A DNA stretch of 23,711 nt from Hydrurus foetidus (lineage: Eukaryota). The number at the start of each line of letters is the position of its first letter. The stretch's first letter is position 1. The notes beneath the pieces are model-generated. The model was given only the letters and a program-made list of their open reading frames with translations. It had not been told where the DNA came from and made no database searches. The stretch spans positions 124,001 to 147,711 of the forward strand of contig UYFQ01000478.1 in the NCBI GenBank assembly GCA_900617105.1, written 5' to 3'. This document shows positions 19,521 through 23,711 of this stretch, piece by piece. A program made the translations under genes and the position numbers.

Positions 19521-20345
19521 TTACTTCTTGCGACGCGACACGATCATGACCTGCGTGCGCTTGTTGTTACGGGTACGGTAACCCTTGGTCAGATTACCCC
19601 AAGGATCGACTGCATGACGGCCTTCGCCAGTCTTGCCTTCACCACCACCGTGAGGGTGGTCAACCGGGTTCATCACCACACCGCGAACGGTTGGACGAAT
19701 ACCCATCCAGCGCTTCACACCGGCTTTACCCAAGCGGCGCAGACTGTGCTCTTCGTTGGCAACTTGACCAATGGTTGCGCGGCAGTCGATGTGGACCTTG
19801 CGGACTTCACCAGAACGCATGCGAACCTGAGCGTAAGTACCTTCACGGGCCAGCAGGGTGGCAGATGTACCCGCAGAGCGGATGATCTGAGCGCCCTTGC
19901 CAACTTGCAACTCTACGCAGTGGATGATGGAACCCACGGGGATGTTGCGAATCGGCAGCGTGTTGCCCACACGGATAGGAGCTTCGGAACCATTCATGAT
20001 GGTTGCACCGACTTCCAGACCGCGAGGGGCAATGATGTACTTGCGTTCGCCGTCGGCGTAGCAAATCAGAGCGATGTGCGCAGAGCGGTTGGGATCGTAC
20101 TCAATGCGTTCCACTTTGGCAGGAATGCCATCCTTGTTGCGAACAAAGTCGACAACCCGGTAGTGGTGCTTGTGTCCACCGCCCTTGTGCCGGGTAGTAA
20201 TGTGGCCGTTGTTGTTACGACCAGCATGCTGGAACTGAGGTTCCAGCAACGCAGCGTGAGGAGCACCCTTGTACAGGTGATCACGCGAAATCTTCACCAT
20301 GCCACGACGGCCTGGAGAAGTAGGTTTCATTTTAATGACAGCCAT
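19521..20345 (-). CDS. rplB: 50S ribosomal protein L2
   Basis: [18 protein letters not shown] and [17 protein letters not shown]. Confidence 0.99.
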   Translation of the reverse strand: MAVIKMKPTSPGRRGMVKISRDHLYKGAPHAALLEPQFQHAGRNNNGHITTRHKGGGHKHHYRVVDFVRNKDGIPAKVERIEYDPNRSAHIALICYADGERKYIIAPRGLEVGATIMNGSEAPIRVGNTLPIRNIPVGSIIHCVELQVGKGAQIIRSAGTSATLLAREGTYAQVRMRSGEVRKVHIDCRATIGQVANEEHSLRRLGKAGVKRWMGIRPTVRGVVMNPVDHPHGGGEGKTGEGRHAVDPWGNLTKGYRTRNNKRTQVMIVSRRKK

Positions 20346-20347
20346 GA

Positions 20348-20683
20348 TTACGCGGCCTCCCCACCAAGGTTCAGCTCTTGGCCTGGCTTGAGCATCACGT
20401 AGGCTTTGCGAACGTTGTCGCGACGACCATTCGATTTGCCAAAGCGCTTAGCCTTGCCTTTTGTGTTCACCACAGAAACGCCTTGTACTTCCACCTTGAA
20501 CATCAATTCCACAGCGGCCTTGATTTCGGGCTTGGTAGCGTCTTGCAGCACCTTGAACGTCACAGCATTGGATTTTTCAGCCACCATGGTTGCCTTTTCA
20601 GACACGATGGGAGCAACCAGAACCTGCATCAAACGACCTTCGTCGTATTTGACTTTCGACGTGTTGTTCATACGGGCGCTCAT
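20348..20683 (-). CDS. rplW: 50S ribosomal protein L23
   Basis: [19 protein letters not shown] and RKAYVML. The ATG overlaps the rplD stop. Confidence 0.98.
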   Translation of the reverse strand: MSARMNNTSKVKYDEGRLMQVLVAPIVSEKATMVAEKSNAVTFKVLQDATKPEIKAAVELMFKVEVQGVSVVNTKGKAKRFGKSNGRRDNVRKAYVMLKPGQELNLGGEAA

Positions 20684-21299
20684 GCGAACATCTCCTTGAG
20701 TTTGTCCATGGCAGCCTTGGTCACCAGTACCTTGCGGTAGTGCACCAACGACAGGGGATCTGCATAACGAGGCTCGACCACCAGGATATTCACCAAGTTG
20801 CGAGATGCCAAGTACAGGTTTTCATCCACTTCGTCAGCGATCACCAGCACGGACTCAAGGTTCATCGCCTTGAATTTGGCTGCCAACGGCTTGGTCTTGG
20901 GAGAGTCCACCTTCAGAGAGTCAACCACTGCCAGACGGCCTTCGCGGGCGAGTTGAGACAAGATGGAAGCCATACCCGCACGGTACATTTTCTTGTTGAT
21001 CTTTTGACCGAAGTTTTCGTCGGGCATGTTCGGGAAAATGCGGCCGCCTCCGCGCCACAGTGGCGAGGAAGTCATACCGGCACGGGCACGACCCGTTCCC
21101 TTTTGCTTGAACGGCTTCTTGGTCGAGTGATGAACTTGTTCGCGGTCTTTTTGGGCACGGGTGCCTTGACGCGCGTTGGCCTGGAAGGCCACCACCACTT
21201 GGTGAACCAAGTCTTCGTTGTATGCGCGACCAAACACGGTCTCTGGCGCGTCGTATTTCGACGAGGCAATACCTTGGTCATTCAGGAGTTCGACTGCAT
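20680..21299 (-). CDS. rplD: 50S ribosomal protein L4 (one base missing in codon 3, probably a sequence error)
   Basis: The ATG at 21299 overlaps the rplC stop (TGATG). Adding one base at ~21293 gives MQxELLNDQG...[11 protein letters not shown]...PLWRGGG, 206 aa in total. Confidence 0.96.
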
Positions 21300-21981
21300 C
21301 AGTTCGCTCCTTTCGCTGCAGCTGCAGGTTTGGTCTTGATAGCGGCACGAACCGTGACAAAACCACCTTTTGAACCTGGCACAGCGCCGCGAATCATCAG
21401 CAATTGCCTAGCTTCGTCAATGCGAACATGTTCAGGTTTTGCGTGGTTTTGGTGACATCACCCAAGTGACCCGTCATGCGTTTTCCAGGAAACACACGGC
21501 CAGGATCTTGCGCCATACCAATCGAGCCGGGCACGTTGTGCGAACGGCTGTTACCGTGCGACGCGCGCTGCGAGCTCATTTTGTGGCGCTTGATGGTGCC
21601 GGCAAAGCCTTTACCAATCGAAGTGCCTTGCACATCCACCAGTTGGCCAACTGCAAACACAGAAGCCGCCGGCACAACAGTACCCGCGGCGTATTGGCCT
21701 GCGACATCAGCGGTCACGCGGAATTCTTTGATAACTTCACCAGCTTCAACGCCTGCCTTCGCAAGGTGGCCAGCGGCCGGCTTGGTCACGCGCGATGCTT
21801 TGCGCGAACCGAATGCAACTTGCAGTGCACTGTAGCCGTCATTTGCTTCGGTTTTAACCTGGGTAACACGGTTGTTTGATACATCAACCACTGTGACAGG
21901 AACGGTATCCCCATCATCAGTGAACAGACGCATCATGCCCACCTTGCGACCCAGCAACCCGAGGGAGTTGCTCAGACTCAT
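21299..21981 (-). CDS. rplC: 50S ribosomal protein L3 (one base missing at ~21428, probably a sequence error)
   Basis: [20 protein letters not shown] and [15 protein letters not shown]. After the shift it continues [24 protein letters not shown]...KGAN*. Confidence 0.96.
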
Positions 21982-21997
21982 TGATTTTCTTTCGTAA

Positions 21998-22090
21998 CTT
22001 CTACCGCTGCAACTTCAATTGGCTACAGGCGTTTTTGCGTAGAAGACAGTTAATAAAACTTCGCTGAAACTTTTACCGTTTTTAGCGAAG
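21998..22090 (-). promoter_or_regulatory. Structured 5' leader of rplC (candidate r-protein leader or attenuator)
   Basis: Hairpin CUUCGCU...AGCGAAG followed by UUUUAUU, then an outer stem CUUCUAC/GUAGAAG enclosing CUGUAGC-CAAUUGAA-GUUGCAG. Confidence 0.5.
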
Positions 22091-22096
22091 CTTTGG

Positions 22097-22126
22097 ATTA
22101 TAGCCCGGCACTTACCTTGATGGCAA
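22097..22126 (-). promoter_or_regulatory. Sigma70 promoter between rpsJ and rplC
   Basis: Minus strand reads TTGCCA (22126-22121)-N18-TATAAT (22102-22097). Confidence 0.75.
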
Positions 22127-22157
22127 GCGCTAGGCTACGGATTCTTTAAAAAATGAC

Positions 22158-22472
22158 TTACTGCAGCTTGATTTCAACGTCCACGCCAGCAGGCAGATCG
22201 AGCTTCATGAGCGCGTCTACGGTTTTGTCAGTAGGATCAACGATATCCATCAGACGCTGGTGGGTGCGGATTTCAAACTGATCGCGACTGGCCTTGTTCA
22301 CGTGAGGTGAACGCAGGATGTCAAAACGCTTCATGCGAGTAGGCAAAGGCACTGGGCCCTTGACAATCGCACCAGTGCGCTTGGCGGTGTCAACGATTTC
22401 AGCAGCCGATTGGTCAATCAGCTTGTAGTCAAACGCCTTCAGGCGAATACGGATTTTTTGTTTGGCAGCCAT
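22158..22472 (-). CDS. rpsJ: 30S ribosomal protein S10
   Basis: [17 protein letters not shown] and [18 protein letters not shown]. Confidence 0.99.
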   Translation of the reverse strand: MAAKQKIRIRLKAFDYKLIDQSAAEIVDTAKRTGAIVKGPVPLPTRMKRFDILRSPHVNKASRDQFEIRTHQRLMDIVDPTDKTVDALMKLDLPAGVDVEIKLQ

Positions 22473-22495
22473 CGTAATTCCTTAGTGAACGCGAA

Positions 22496-22538
22496 TTACG
22501 CGATGATTTTCGCAACCACACCGGCGCCGACGGTACGA

Positions 22539-22585
<47 letters not shown>

Positions 22586-23686
22586 GTTGATCAGCTTCAC
22601 AGTGATCGACACGTTGTCACCGGGCATGACCATTTCCTTGCCTTCTGGCAACTCGATGGCACCAGTCACGTCCGTTGTACGGAAGTAGAACTGGGGGCGG
22701 TAGTTGTTGAAGAAAGGTGTGTGGCGGCCGCCTTCGTCTTTGGACAAGACATAGATCTCGCCAGTGAAGTGGGTGTGGGGCTTGATCGAAGTGGGCTTGC
22801 ACAGCACTTGGCCGCGCTGCACGTCTTCGCGTTTGGTGCCGCGCAGCAGAATGCCGACGTTGTCACCCGCTTGACCTTGGTCCAGCAGCTTGCGGAACAT
22901 TTCCACGCCAGTGCAGGTAGTCTTCTGGGTATCAGCAATACCGACGATTTCGATTTCTTCGCCGACCTTAACGATACCGCGCTCAATACGGCCGGTCACC
23001 ACGGTGCCACGGCCAGAGATGGAGAACACGTCCTCAACAGGCATCAGGAACGCGCCGTCAACCGCACGCTCTGGCATGGGGATGTAGGTGTCCAGTGCTT
23101 CGGCCAGCTTCATGATGGCTTCTTCACCCAAAACACCCTTGTCGCCTTCGAGGGCGAGCTTGGCAGAGCCGTGGATGATGGGGGTCTTGTCGCCCGGGAA
23201 GTCGTACTTGTCGAGAAGCTCGCGAACTTCCATTTCAACCAGCTCCAACAGCTCAGCGTCGTCTACCATGTCGCATTTGTTCAGGAACACGATGATGTAA
23301 GGAACACCCACCTGGCGCGCCAAGAGGATGTGCTCGCGCGTTTGGGGCATGGGGCCGTCAGCAGCGGAGCAGACCAAAATGGCGCCGTCCATTTGGGCAG
23401 CGCCAGTGATCATGTTCTTCACATAGTCGGCGTGTCCAGGGCAGTCCACGTGGGCGTAGTGGCGGTTGGCCGTTTCGTATTCCACGTGGGCGGTGTTGAT
23501 GGTAATACCGCGTGCTTTTTCTTCAGGTGCCGCGTCAATCTGGTCGTAGGCGCGTGCCGTGCCGCCGAACTTGGCTGCCAGCACCGAGGTGATAGCCGCT
23601 GTCAAGGTGGTCTTGCCGTGGTCCACGTGGCCAATAGTGCCTACGTTGACGTGGGGTTTGGTACGCGTGAATTTTTCTTTACCCAT
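22496..23686 (-). CDS. tuf: Elongation factor Tu
   Basis: [31 protein letters not shown] and NKCD. It is 396 aa from the ATG at 23686. Confidence 0.99.
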
Positions 23687-23711
23687 GTTCAATCCTTAAA
23701 AAGAGCTAATT

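Noticed and set aside
20680..21366. L4 with a novel N-terminus or an L3-L4 fusion
   Set aside because: This is an artefact of the missing base at ~21293. The upstream part is rplC read out of frame.
17337..23300. Numerous plus-strand ORFs of 100-310 aa across the ribosomal cluster
   Set aside because: All are antisense to well-established ribosomal protein or tuf genes and have no independent support.

Overview
This is core chromosomal DNA from a Comamonadaceae-like betaproteobacterium (inferred from gene order and protein features; Rhodoferax/Curvibacter-like). Left to right it holds the F1Fo ATP synthase operon (atpI-B-E-F-H-A-G-D, minus strand, atpD cut by the window edge), divergent ybeD-lipB-lipA, and a block of three genes (hypothetical, YghZ/MgrA-type aldo-keto reductase, EamA/DMT transporter). 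Next come a permease-less PTS (EIIA-HPr-EI), a lipoprotein, a DUF4197-like gene and a TlpA-like thioredoxin. Then follow three decayed genes (cytochrome c', cytochrome b, GNAT), a Prx5-type peroxiredoxin, and tuf-rpsJ with rplC...rpsQ. Seven indels or ambiguities break essential genes (atpF x3, atpB x2, rplC, rplD) and are most likely sequencing errors. The most interesting non-routine signals are: (1) three copies of a ~59-bp double-hairpin repeat with compensatory changes, the outer two inverted around the three-gene block; (2) a separate sigma70 promoter and structured leader between rpsJ and rplC, a candidate r-protein leader; (3) a three-gene pseudogene cluster eroded by in-frame deletions; (4) a probable leaderless 20-codon ORF ahead of ybeD. 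I see no CRISPR array, RNA gene, transposase or defence system, and no clear-cut novel multi-gene system.
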